DNA from: Coleofasciculus chthonoplastes F2-STO-03
Lineage (GTDB): Bacteria > Cyanobacteriota > Cyanobacteriia > Cyanobacteriales > Coleofasciculaceae
Assembly (NCBI GenBank): GCA_040222015.1
Contig: JAVJWO010000016.1
Coordinates: 1-52,123, forward strand
DNA length: 52,123 nt
Reading direction: 5' to 3'
Notes under the pieces: model-generated
Seen by the model: only the letters and a program-made list of their open reading frames with translations
Databases searched by the model: none
Told to the model about the DNA's origin: nothing
Shown here: in pieces, positions 19,697 to 29,310 of the stretch
Position numbering within the stretch: the stretch's first letter is position 1
Layout: every line of letters starts with the position of its first letter
Position numbers and translations under genes: made by a program

Positions 19697-21379
19697 ATGA
19701 AGTTTGTTTCTTTTGTCCGGGTGCGGATTGTCCGGACGCTAGTTGTGGCATTTATGGTTGGTTGTTTACTTGCCGTTTTGCCTAGTTTAGCTCAAACTAA
19801 TTTAAATCAAACTAATTTAAATCAAACTAATTCTACAGCACCGATTATGCTGGATGGGCGCAAGATTTTTGAAGTGACTCCATCTAAACAATACAGCGCC
19901 CAAGAACGAGCTGAGTATGTGAATCAAGTTCTCCAAGAAGCGTTGGAAACTGCCGAATCGAAAATAGAGGTTGAACTCACGTCTAAAGATAAAATACCCG
20001 TAATTGAGATTGATGGGCAGCATTTGGTTTCTGTAACGTCAGACGATACACCAGAAGGAAGAAGTCCTCAAGAACAGGCTGAATTTTGGCAAAAAAAACT
20101 GCAAACGGTTATTAAAAAGGCACAATATGAGCGTACACCAATCTATTTGATTCAAGCCATCCTGCTCTCAATTGGTTGCGTATTACTGGCGATCGCATTG
20201 AGTTGGCTACTCGGTAAGCTTTGGTGTGATTGGCTGAAACCTCAGTTGGATAAAGAGGCGGCGGAGTCAGCCCCCCTAGAGGGAACGAAACAGGCGAACA
20301 GCCCCAAATTCGCTGGACAAGTTCTTCTGACACTCATCCGGTGTGCTATCTGGGTGTATGCACTGATTTATATCACCACCCAGTTTCGCCAAACCCGAGA
20401 ATTAAGTCGCATCGTTACCGATACAATAATTGCCAGTTTAACCTCAGACATGATTCCTTTGGGAGATAACTCCTATTCGGTTTTGAATTTATTAATTCTC
20501 ATCGGCTTATTTGTCGGGCTGATCATCCTGGCAAAAGTGATCAAACAAGGCTTGCGATCGCGGATTTTACAGTTCACGGGTTTGAGTCGTGCGGCACAGG
20601 AAACCATTGCGATTATTTTCAATTATGCCTTTATTTTTATCAGCAGCCTTGTCTTATTACAGTTATGGGGTTTAGATATTAGTTCCCTCACGGTATTTGC
20701 TGGTGTGTTGGGGGTGGGTCTTGGCTTAGGATTGCAGGGAATTGCTAAGGAGTTTATTAGTGGCTTGGTTTTAATCTTTGAACGTCCTATTCAAGTTGGC
20801 GATTTCGTCGATGTAGGCGGATTGATGGGAACGGTGGAATATATTAGTGTTCGCAGTACCGAAATCAAAACATTAGATGACATTTCAATTATTATTCCTA
20901 ATTCCCGATTTTTGGAATCGGAGGTGATTAACTGGTCGCATCACAGTGCAGTATCCCGATTAAAGATACCAGTGGGCGTGGCGTATGGCTCAAACCTAAA
21001 GACGGTTAGGTCGGCTTTGATTGATGCGGCAAAAGAACATAGTGATGTTCTACCTCAACCCATACCCAGAGTTTTTTTTAAGGGATTTGGTGATAGTTCT
21101 CTCGATTTTGATTTATTAGTTTGGATTAGTGAACCTCGCAAGCAGTTCCAAATTAAAAGTGACCTTTATTTTCGGATTGAGGTAATTCTCCGTCATCGCG
21201 GTGTAGAAATCCCCTTCCCGCAACGGGATCTTCATTTTCGTTCAGGTAGTTTACCGGTCGATATTTCTCCGCAATTAGTGGAATCATTAGCACAACTATC
21301 CCAGAGTTTGGCAAAGTGGCTAGATCAACAACCCACGGTTAGTCCACCGCCGGATGGTAATGGTCATGGTAAACATTAA
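19697..21379 (+). CDS. MscS-family mechanosensitive channel with an N-terminal periplasmic domain
   Basis: GLGLGLQ, FERPIQVGD, IPNS, GVAYGS and EIPFPQRDLH motifs. Confidence 0.93.
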   Translation: MKFVSFVRVRIVRTLVVAFMVGCLLAVLPSLAQTNLNQTNLNQTNSTAPIMLDGRKIFEVTPSKQYSAQERAEYVNQVLQEALETAESKIEVELTSKDKIPVIEIDGQHLVSVTSDDTPEGRSPQEQAEFWQKKLQTVIKKAQYERTPIYLIQAILLSIGCVLLAIALSWLLGKLWCDWLKPQLDKEAAESAPLEGTKQANSPKFAGQVLLTLIRCAIWVYALIYITTQFRQTRELSRIVTDTIIASLTSDMIPLGDNSYSVLNLLILIGLFVGLIILAKVIKQGLRSRILQFTGLSRAAQETIAIIFNYAFIFISSLVLLQLWGLDISSLTVFAGVLGVGLGLGLQGIAKEFISGLVLIFERPIQVGDFVDVGGLMGTVEYISVRSTEIKTLDDISIIIPNSRFLESEVINWSHHSAVSRLKIPVGVAYGSNLKTVRSALIDAAKEHSDVLPQPIPRVFFKGFGDSSLDFDLLVWISEPRKQFQIKSDLYFRIEVILRHRGVEIPFPQRDLHFRSGSLPVDISPQLVESLAQLSQSLAKWLDQQPTVSPPPDGNGHGKH

Positions 21380-21572
21380 CTGTCATTTGTTGGTTTTTGA
21401 TGAGGCAATTCTACAGGACAAGGTAGCTTACTGCTTCTAAAAAAAATCTGGATACAGTTTGATTACAGCTACCCATCCCAGTTTTAGCTTACTTGAGCTT
21501 TCAGCCGGAAATTTATTTCCCGGCTATACTTGTAAAATAAAAAAGAACAGGTAAAACTCAACTTAATCATCC

Positions 21573-21887
21573 GTGGCAACCGACTCCTCCAATCACACAC
21601 CCAAGCAAGTTCTAGTTTGTCAACATCGTTCCTGTCAAGCGGAAGGTTCAGCCGATGTCTTGGCGGCGTTTGAGGAAGTGGCTGAGGATACAGACTTTAA
21701 GATTAAAGGAACAGATTGCCAAGGACAATGTAGTTGTGGTCCTACGGTGCGAGTTGTACCCGAAGAAACCTGGTATTATCGGGTTCAACCCAGTGATGTC
21801 CGCCGGATTGTGGAACAACACCTGAAAGAAGGTAAGCCAGTTGACGAAAAGCTGAATCCTCGGATTCATCGGCGGTTTAGCTTTTAA
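21573..21887 (+). CDS. Thioredoxin-like [2Fe-2S] ferredoxin
   Basis: VCQHRSC...CQGQCSCGP.V...WY..V motif. Confidence 0.88.
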   Translation: MATDSSNHTPKQVLVCQHRSCQAEGSADVLAAFEEVAEDTDFKIKGTDCQGQCSCGPTVRVVPEETWYYRVQPSDVRRIVEQHLKEGKPVDEKLNPRIHRRFSF

Positions 21888-21889
21888 GA

Positions 21890-22625
21890 TTATTCGCGCA
21901 ACACATAACCGACACCCCGAACCGTTTGCACCAAGCACTTTTCACCATTCACTTCGACTTCGCTCAGTGTGGTAAGGGTTGACAACCCAACTGTTGACAC
22001 CAGTCCGGTGTTTTGTTGTAACAATTGGACTTTGTTGGCGGTAAACCTCCCTATTCGCTTCCAGTTAGCGTCACTGACGGAAACTTGGGTCTTAGTATCA
22101 CCAGAAACGTAACCGTAGTGGGTAACTCCAGCTTTAGCTGCTTTGACATAATCACCTTTCCTAAACCCGTGGCGGGTAACTGTGCCGCCATAGTCGCGCC
22201 GTTTCCCTCCCTTGCTGGGGATCATTAGGTGTAATTGACGGCGACAAATTGGGGGACGGTGAATCACTGCAAACTGGCACGGTGTTACCGCAATAGACCC
22301 CAACCAAGTACCGCTTCTACCCTTAATCTGGCGATACCGCATAAATTGGGAGGCGGCTAGGCAGATCCCATCAACGGCATGGGCGGCGGGTGAGGACTCA
22401 GCTTTATTCTTGGACTTGGGTAAGCCAAGGTATTGCCGCAAGGTTGAAGTGTACCGGTAGCATCCAGTCGAGAATTAGCAAATCCGGCTGAGATTCCCGC
22501 GCTGTCGCTAAACCCGCGAACCCATCCTGCGCCACGCTGACTTGATATCCTTCATATTGCAGTTCCAGTTCGATAAACTTGGCGAGTTTTGCCTCATCTT
22601 CCACAACTAAGATATGGTGCGTCAT
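21890..22625 (-). pseudogene. OmpR-family response regulator, disrupted (codons 1-57 at 22625-22455; last ~21 codons at 21955-21890)
   Basis: The N-terminus HILVVEDE...LILDWMLP and C-terminus QTVRGVGYVLRE* are present. The centre is missing and replaced by foreign DNA. Confidence 0.88.
21953..22454 (-). mobile_element. 3' remnant of an IscB/IsrB (RRXRR-family) IS200/IS605-like element
   Basis: [14 protein letters not shown]...HAVDG (RuvC-III region), RRQLH...KGGKRRDYGG and GFRKGDYV...GYVSG...SD.NWKRIG match cyanobacterial IsrB/IscB C-termini. Confidence 0.8.
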
Positions 22626-23033
22626 TGCTTGGAGATTCTGAAAATACAAGAATTTTAATTAATTTAAAGCTACCCCAATCCAAAATAACAGAATACTTGC
22701 CTAGAGGAGATTATAGTTATTTTGTGACTCCCTTTCAAGGAGTACATCTTCAAAGCGACTCCTGCAAAGACTTGTGATTCGATGCACTCTTTGGAGCGCT
22801 ATTTTTTCCCAAGTAGTATGATCGCTGTTGACTTCTAAGTCCCAATAGGGTTACGGGCTTGAAATAATCACCGCGATAGCCTAAAGTGACCATAAGCTCT
22901 GATGGTGTAATCACCACCAAAAACCTAATCGCTACAAGTTTGCTAAAAAAAGAGGATCAGCAATCAAAGGAGAAAACTGTAACGAGTGTCCGACTACTTA
23001 GATATCAATAGTATCCAAAAATTTACAATATAG

Positions 23034-23570
23034 ATGAATTGGCTGGAAAGAATTTACCACAAAATTATCTCGGCTCTACTGACTGTACCGACTCTGGAGA
23101 GTTGGCTCATTACAGTTTTGCTGTTATTGTTCATTGCTTTAACTTGTTTGCCCATAGGATTTCAATCTGGGCTTTTAGACGTTAGAATTTTGCATTTATC
23201 TTTTCTAGGCATTGTCAAGGTTTTAGTGAGTCGTTTCTTTTTCCCCTGTTTTGCCGAAGAGCTGCTATTTCGCGTACTACCACTTCCCAGCAAAACCAGT
23301 AATAGTCCAATAAAAAGCCAATTAATTATGGCTTTTATCAGCATAGTTGTTTATGTGGTAGCTCATCCTATCTTTGCCTTTTTAGTTTACAAAAAAGCTT
23401 TCGGAATTTTCACGAATCCCGGCTTTATGTTGTCAACGCTAATTTTAGGAATAACCTTGACAATTTCCTACTGGCACTCTCGCTCAATCTGGCCTCCTGT
23501 TGTAATTCATTGGATTGTTGTTGTCGTTTGGCTACTTATATTCGATGGATATTCAAAATTAGATTTATAG
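23034..23570 (+). CDS. CPBP (CAAX/Abi) family intramembrane protease
   Basis: EELLFR, AHP and SIWPPVVIHW motifs. Confidence 0.88.
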   Translation: MNWLERIYHKIISALLTVPTLESWLITVLLLLFIALTCLPIGFQSGLLDVRILHLSFLGIVKVLVSRFFFPCFAEELLFRVLPLPSKTSNSPIKSQLIMAFISIVVYVVAHPIFAFLVYKKAFGIFTNPGFMLSTLILGITLTISYWHSRSIWPPVVIHWIVVVVWLLIFDGYSKLDL

Positions 23571-23581
23571 TGTCTGGAATA

Positions 23582-25369
23582 CTATTCCAATTTCGGTACG
23601 CGCCAGAGTTTAATTGTTTTATCTGCACTCCCACTAACTAAGGTTTCTCCATCTGGGCTAATCGCGATAGAATTAACAGAACTTAAATGACCCTTTAGTG
23701 TGCGAATTAATTGTCCTGTGGCAAGATGCCAGAGTTTAATCGTCTTATCTGCACTCCCACTGGCTAAAACTTGACCATCTGGACTAATTTCTAAAGCATT
23801 CACAAAACTTGAATGTCCTGTCATTGTGCGAATTTCTCGTCCTGTGGCTAAATTCCAAAGTTTAATCGTCTTATCCGCACTCCCACTGATTAACATCTTG
23901 CCATCCGGACTAATTACTAAATAATTGACAAAACTGGAATGCCCAGATAAGATTTTATTTTTTTCTGGAGTAACCAGATTCCAAACCTGAATGTTCTTAT
24001 CGCCACTTCCCGTAACCAGTTTATCCCAGTCCGAATTAATTGCAAAGTAATTAACAGGCTTGGTATATCCTGTAAGTTTGCGAATTTCTTGACCTGAAGC
24101 TAGATGCCAAAATCGGATAGTTTTATCCGCATTGCCACTCACTACTATCTCTCCATCTGGACTAATCACTAGGTAATTAATATAACTGGCATTGGCATTG
24201 ATTGTTTGAGCCAGTTCGATAGACTGATAGGCAGCAATTTCAGGCAAAACCTGAGGTTCTATTTGTTTCACCTGATAAACTCCAACGCTAACGACTAACC
24301 CTAAAGTCCCTAACCAAAGCCATTTGTTTTGAGCGATTAAATGTTTACGTTTAGAAAGTTTAGAAATTATTCCCGATTCCGCTTGCGGCAACGTTACTGT
24401 TTGCATTTTTGTCTGACTGGGTAATTGCGGAGACGAAGATAGGGGAGTGGAAATAGACGATGATGAAATAGTGGCTAATTCATCGATAATGTCCTGAGTT
24501 GTCTTATGCCGAGTCGCTGCTGTCGGTGACATTAGCTTGTCAATTAGGTCTGCCAATGGGGATGAGAGTCCAGAAACCTGTTCGCGCCAATTACAGCGAT
24601 CAGTTAATGGGTCATAGATACTCGGATCAGTTACCGATTTTGCGGTTAACAAATAGACAAAGGTTCGACCCAACGCATAGAAATCGGATTGAGGAACCGC
24701 ATGACCTTTTTCTTGTTCCGGTGGTGTGTAACCCGCCGAACTAATTCTGGTAACATTCCCCGCACCACCCACTTGCGCTAAGTAGGTATAGGTTAATTCT
24801 CTAGCTGTCCCAAAATCTATCAACACCAATTGACCCGTGGGGCGCAGCATGATATTTTCGGGTTTAATATCTCGATGGAAATAGTTTTTTCGATGAACCA
24901 AATGTAAAATTTCAACCAGTTGTTTTAGCCAATTCAATGCCTGGGATGCGGAAATGGGATGATTCCCCTGTTGTCGCATCCACTGCTTTAAATTGAGTCC
25001 ATCAATTTTTTCCATGATGATACAGTGCAAAGGTTCTCCATCTTGAGGAATAACCTGAAAATATCCATCGGACTCAACTTGAGGAATACCGGGATGATTA
25101 AGCTGACTTAATACGGCGGCTTCTTGTTGAAATAATTCGATAACCTTAGGATTGGTATTATGCTTAGGTTTGAGAACTTTTAATAGTTTTGGATTAGCCC
25201 CTTTGTAGGCTTCATACACCATCCCGAAGCCACTGGTATCGCTGAGGAGACGCATCACTTGGTAGCGCCCTTGAAGTAACAACAATGAGCCACAATTGCG
25301 ACAAATTCGATTGTTGAGGTTCCCTGGATCACTGGGTTCAGGACACCTGGGGTTGATACAGTAGCTCAT
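23582..25369 (-). CDS. Ser/Thr protein kinase with TM helix and WD40 repeats
   Basis: Cyanobacterial Cys-rich N-terminus, HRDIKPEN, DFG, TPPEQ; five WD40 repeats. Confidence 0.95.
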   Translation of the reverse strand: MSYCINPRCPEPSDPGNLNNRICRNCGSLLLLQGRYQVMRLLSDTSGFGMVYEAYKGANPKLLKVLKPKHNTNPKVIELFQQEAAVLSQLNHPGIPQVESDGYFQVIPQDGEPLHCIIMEKIDGLNLKQWMRQQGNHPISASQALNWLKQLVEILHLVHRKNYFHRDIKPENIMLRPTGQLVLIDFGTARELTYTYLAQVGGAGNVTRISSAGYTPPEQEKGHAVPQSDFYALGRTFVYLLTAKSVTDPSIYDPLTDRCNWREQVSGLSSPLADLIDKLMSPTAATRHKTTQDIIDELATISSSSISTPLSSSPQLPSQTKMQTVTLPQAESGIISKLSKRKHLIAQNKWLWLGTLGLVVSVGVYQVKQIEPQVLPEIAAYQSIELAQTINANASYINYLVISPDGEIVVSGNADKTIRFWHLASGQEIRKLTGYTKPVNYFAINSDWDKLVTGSGDKNIQVWNLVTPEKNKILSGHSSFVNYLVISPDGKMLISGSADKTIKLWNLATGREIRTMTGHSSFVNALEISPDGQVLASGSADKTIKLWHLATGQLIRTLKGHLSSVNSIAISPDGETLVSGSADKTIKLWRVPKLE

Positions 25370-25524
25370 ATCTCGCTACAGCCATGTCACGAAGGGTCTT
25401 TCCCTGATCTTAGAATGAGGATAAAGAAGCTGGGGAATATTCCTCCACGAACGATTAAAACCTGTATCGAAACTGCTAGAATGTAAATAAATATTTCAAA
25501 AAAAGCCGAATTGAGTAAACTTTT

Positions 25525-26322
25525 ATGAGTGGTGTGACTGCCGACGACTGGCAATCACCGCCGTGCGATCGCTCCCACAGAAATAGTCCCTCTGTAGCGC
25601 CACTGACGGTTTTTTGCGACTTCGACGGACCGATTGTCGATGTCTCTAAGCGCTATTACACCACCTACAAGCTAGCACTGGCGGATACTTGGTCTGCCTA
25701 TCAAGCCCAAGGAATCACGTTACCGATTCAACAGCTTAACCAACAGCAGTTTTGGCAGATGAAGCAGGATCGGGTGGCGGATGAAGAAATTGCCCTATGT
25801 TCTGGTGTACAAGGGGAACAATTTGAGTTTTTCTTAGCACGAGTCTTAGAAATTGTCAATCAGCCCTTACTGTTACATCTGGATAAGTTGCAACCTGGGG
25901 TGCGTTGGGCATTAGCCAGACTCCATTCTCAAGGTATCCGGCTGGTATTGGTGACGTTGCGCTGTCAGGAACAAGCGACACAAATTTTGAGAAATTACGG
26001 GTTGACTCGTCTGTTTAGTGGGATTTATGGAACTTACGACGATCAAGCCGCCTATCGAAATAATGTTGAACTTAAGCAACAACTTTTAGCACAAGCCTTA
26101 ACCGAACAGGTTTATTTTTCGCTACAGCCGCAATCAGCCTGGATGATTGGTGACACGGAAGCAGATCTCCTCGCCGCCCAAGCGGTGTATATTCCCACCA
26201 TTGCCCTGACTTGTGGGATTCGTTCCTATCGTTATCTCCAGCAATTCCAACCCACTCACACTTGCTATGATTTGTTGACGGCGGCTGATTATCTTTTAGC
26301 CAATTTAGGACTGTTCGAGTAA
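25525..26322 (+). CDS. HAD-superfamily hydrolase
   Basis: CDFDGPIVD and WMIGDTEAD motifs. Overlaps the convergent mreD by 18 nt. Confidence 0.9.
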   Translation: MSGVTADDWQSPPCDRSHRNSPSVAPLTVFCDFDGPIVDVSKRYYTTYKLALADTWSAYQAQGITLPIQQLNQQQFWQMKQDRVADEEIALCSGVQGEQFEFFLARVLEIVNQPLLLHLDKLQPGVRWALARLHSQGIRLVLVTLRCQEQATQILRNYGLTRLFSGIYGTYDDQAAYRNNVELKQQLLAQALTEQVYFSLQPQSAWMIGDTEADLLAAQAVYIPTIALTCGIRSYRYLQQFQPTHTCYDLLTAADYLLANLGLFE

Positions 26323-26913
26323 GTGTATCTGTTCCCACCAGCGATTCAGGGGATAATACACCACAGGCGCCCACAAACTACTGAGAATCGCCGAGGATAG
26401 GGCAATACGCTGGTGATCCATCCAAATTTCTGCTAACGTGCGATCGCCCATAAAACTGTACTGAATCGCCGTCACCGTCTCAGCGACAACCGCCATACCA
26501 AATACAATTAATGCAACTGAAATAAAATCTTCCTGAATATATCGCTGCTTCTGCATTCGAGCCGTTAAAATACCCACCAACACGAGACTCAAGACATGAG
26601 TCGGTTCAGGGGCAGTCATCCCATCTTGAATCAAGCCCAGGGCAAACCCTGCCATTGCCCCCTGAAACGCCGTGCGTTTGATACTCCAGGCAACCACCCA
26701 AATTAACAACCAATTTGGGGCAATTCCCAGCAATTCCATGCCCGGTAACCTTGTTGGTAAAGCCATCACACATAACAAGACCGAACCCGCCGTTACCGTC
26801 CAATTGAGCAGTTGACGAACCTGGGGTGAAAACTGGGAAAGGTTGAAAATGGTATTCCAAGGTTTCTTCTGTGCTATTCGCCATGAATTTTTTTGTCTTT
26901 TTCTGACCTCCAT
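26305..26913 (-). CDS. mreD: Rod shape-determining protein MreD
   Basis: PNWLLIWVVAWSIKR and GLIQD motifs; downstream of mreC. Start uncertain. Confidence 0.9.
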   Translation of the reverse strand: MEVRKRQKNSWRIAQKKPWNTIFNLSQFSPQVRQLLNWTVTAGSVLLCVMALPTRLPGMELLGIAPNWLLIWVVAWSIKRTAFQGAMAGFALGLIQDGMTAPEPTHVLSLVLVGILTARMQKQRYIQEDFISVALIVFGMAVVAETVTAIQYSFMGDRTLAEIWMDHQRIALSSAILSSLWAPVVYYPLNRWWEQIHLLEQS

Positions 26914-27077
26914 TTCGCCGCCCAAGTGTCACATCTAGGTTTTTGTTGATTGTTACTCGAAGACCTAATCGGCGTAAATTGATAAGTATAAAAACTTACT
27001 TAAAAATTCACACAAATTCAACCTCGATTTTGCCCGTGAGAGATGGGGAATTTATTTTATCTGTTTTCGCACCCTTT

Positions 27078-27842
27078 TTACTCTAATTGTTCAAGATTAA
27101 CTGTTCTTGATTGGGGATAAACAATCACCCACTCTAAGGCATCTAGAGGCGCTGTCAACTCAATGACAGCTTCGGGGGCGGGACTTTTATCCAGGTTGAC
27201 TGACTCCACACGTCCTAATGGTAACCCAGCCGGAAACAATTTACTCACTGGTGATGTGGAAACAGCATCCCCCCGACGGACATCAGGTACTTTATCAAAA
27301 AACTGGAGTACCGCCCGATGTGATCCTTGTCCTTGAATAAACCCCATGCTACGGCTGCGACTAATCACAGCTCCTACCCGGCTAGTCGCGTCACTGATCA
27401 GGAGTACACGACTGGTATTAGGGGTTACATTGACAATCTGACCCACCAAACCGCCAGGTGCCATCACAATAGAATGCACCTTAATCCCATCTCGGCTCCC
27501 TCGACCCAACGTTACATGTTGCCACCAGTGACCCGCACTACGCCCAATAATAGGGGCAAGGATTCCTTGCTGTTTTTTGGTTTTAGAATACTCCAGCAGC
27601 TCTTTGAGTTTTTGGTTTTGGCTCTCAAGTTCAATCAGACGCTGTTGTAGTTCGAGAACTTTGGCATTTGTCAGACGCTCTTCTTGTGTCGGTTCTGATT
27701 GTAAGGGGCGGGTCAATAACTGATAAGCCTCAAAGAGAGCTGCACCCTGAGTTTGGCGAACGAACCAAGCAAGGCTTAGAGTTAGTCCCCCCAGCACAAC
27801 AGCGACTCCATGTTTGTCCCACCAACGACGCAATATATACAT
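27078..27842 (-). CDS. mreC: Rod shape-determining protein MreC
   Basis: TM helix plus coiled coil, GLVG....V....SRVLLI.D and FPAGLPLG. Confidence 0.92.
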   Translation of the reverse strand: MYILRRWWDKHGVAVVLGGLTLSLAWFVRQTQGAALFEAYQLLTRPLQSEPTQEERLTNAKVLELQQRLIELESQNQKLKELLEYSKTKKQQGILAPIIGRSAGHWWQHVTLGRGSRDGIKVHSIVMAPGGLVGQIVNVTPNTSRVLLISDATSRVGAVISRSRSMGFIQGQGSHRAVLQFFDKVPDVRRGDAVSTSPVSKLFPAGLPLGRVESVNLDKSPAPEAVIELTAPLDALEWVIVYPQSRTVNLEQLE

Positions 27843-27956
27843 AACCTGTCCAGTATTCGTTCAGCTTCCGGCTGATGCGCCAGAGTTGCAATAGTGCAGT
27901 TGACTTCTCATGCAGCTTGTGAACCAACCAAGGTTGCTCTCTAAGAGATTATCACC

Positions 27957-29000
27957 TTAGATATGGCGAGAGCGCCCACTAAACACCCGTTCTAGCTGTT
28001 TGAAGTTCTCAAGAACACGACCTGTGCCTAAAACCACACAACTTAGGGGATCAGCCGCTACATGAGTCACAATACCTGTTTCGTGACTAATCAACGTATC
28101 TAGCCCTTTTAGTAAGGCACCACCACCCGCTAACATGATGCCTCGATCAATAATATCGGCAGCGAGTTCAGGTGGTGTCCGCTCTAAAGTCCGTTTTACC
28201 GCATCAACGATGACTGAAAGCGGTTCGGACATACTTTCGCGAATTTCGGGTCCCTTGATACTCACAGTTCGCGGTAAACCAGACAGCAAGTGTAAGCCGC
28301 GTACTTCCATGGAGAAATCATCGTCCTCATGAGTCGGGTAGGCTGAACCAATCTGAATTTTTATTTCTTCAGCCGTTCGCTCCCCAATCACCAGGTTATG
28401 GACTTTTTTCATGTACTGGGTGATCGATTCACTCAGTTCATCACCAGCGACCCGTACCGATTCGCTCAAAACGGTACCTTGTAAACTGAGTACCGCGACT
28501 TCTGTCGTCCCACCACCGATATCAATAATCATATTACCGGTTGGTTCTGCCACTGGCAGCCCCGCACCGATGGCAGCAGCAACAGGTTCATCGATCAAGT
28601 ACACATCTCTGGCACCTGCTTGAGATGCAGCTTCCATAACTGCCCGCCGTTCTACACCGGTTACACCACTGGGAATCCCAATGACAATCCGAGGTTGAAC
28701 TAAAGTACGCCCTTCATGAACTCGCCGGATAAAATGCTTGAGCATGAGTTCGGCGGTATCGAAGTCAGCAATCACACCATCGCGTAAAGGACGCAAGGCG
28801 ACCACGTTACCTGGAGTTCTGCCCAGCATTTTTTTGGCATCCTCTCCCACCGCTAGTGGCACTTTTTCATCTTGGTCCATGGCGACGACAGAAGGCTCCT
28901 GGAGTACGATGCCTTTGCCAGATACATATACTAAAGTATTAGCTGTACCTAAATCGATACCCATGTCCCGGGATAAGGAAAAGCGACTGAAAATACCCAC
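27957..29000 (-). CDS. mreB: Rod shape-determining protein MreB
   Basis: DMGIDLGTANT, RPLRDGVIAD, DIGGGTTE and LAGGGALL. GTG at 29000 preferred as start. Confidence 0.97.
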   Translation of the reverse strand: MGIFSRFSLSRDMGIDLGTANTLVYVSGKGIVLQEPSVVAMDQDEKVPLAVGEDAKKMLGRTPGNVVALRPLRDGVIADFDTAELMLKHFIRRVHEGRTLVQPRIVIGIPSGVTGVERRAVMEAASQAGARDVYLIDEPVAAAIGAGLPVAEPTGNMIIDIGGGTTEVAVLSLQGTVLSESVRVAGDELSESITQYMKKVHNLVIGERTAEEIKIQIGSAYPTHEDDDFSMEVRGLHLLSGLPRTVSIKGPEIRESMSEPLSVIVDAVKRTLERTPPELAADIIDRGIMLAGGGALLKGLDTLISHETGIVTHVAADPLSCVVLGTGRVLENFKQLERVFSGRSRHI

Positions 29001-29290
29001 TTGTTTATACGCCCCCAAGGTCGAATGTTTCTATGTATAACAAACAATGTATCTGAACTGTAACCGAGGTGGATTCTATTACGTTTTTTTGGCTGAGTCT
29101 AGTGAAGTTGATAAAGTCATCGCTATTCATCTTTGAAAACCAAGCTGAAAGTATCATTCAGACGACAAAATTGCTGATCCGGAGAAAGTCAAGGTCACAA
29201 GCGAGGGTGAATCACGGCAATTGGCATGCCTCCAGTAGGGCTTAAGGGATTGTGGACAACGGTATAAATTCGCTAAACTAATTACAAATC

Positions 29291-29304
29291 AGTACAAGGG
29301 TACT
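29291..29304 (+). promoter_or_regulatory. Cyanobacterial LexA box upstream of ssb
   Basis: AGTACAAGGGTACT fully matches RGTACNNNDGTWCB, ending 6 nt before the ATG at 29311. A candidate -10 TAAACT lies at 29274-29279. Confidence 0.8.
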
Positions 29305-29310
29305 AAAAAA

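Noticed and set aside
19793..19832. 15-bp tandem repeat (QTNLN) in mscS
   Set aside because: Simple in-frame slippage in a linker after the signal peptide, with no sign of function.
21890..22441. 183-aa ORF as a genuine fusion protein
   Set aside because: It is a chance in-frame join of an IsrB/IscB fragment and a regulator tail, with no convincing start or RBS.
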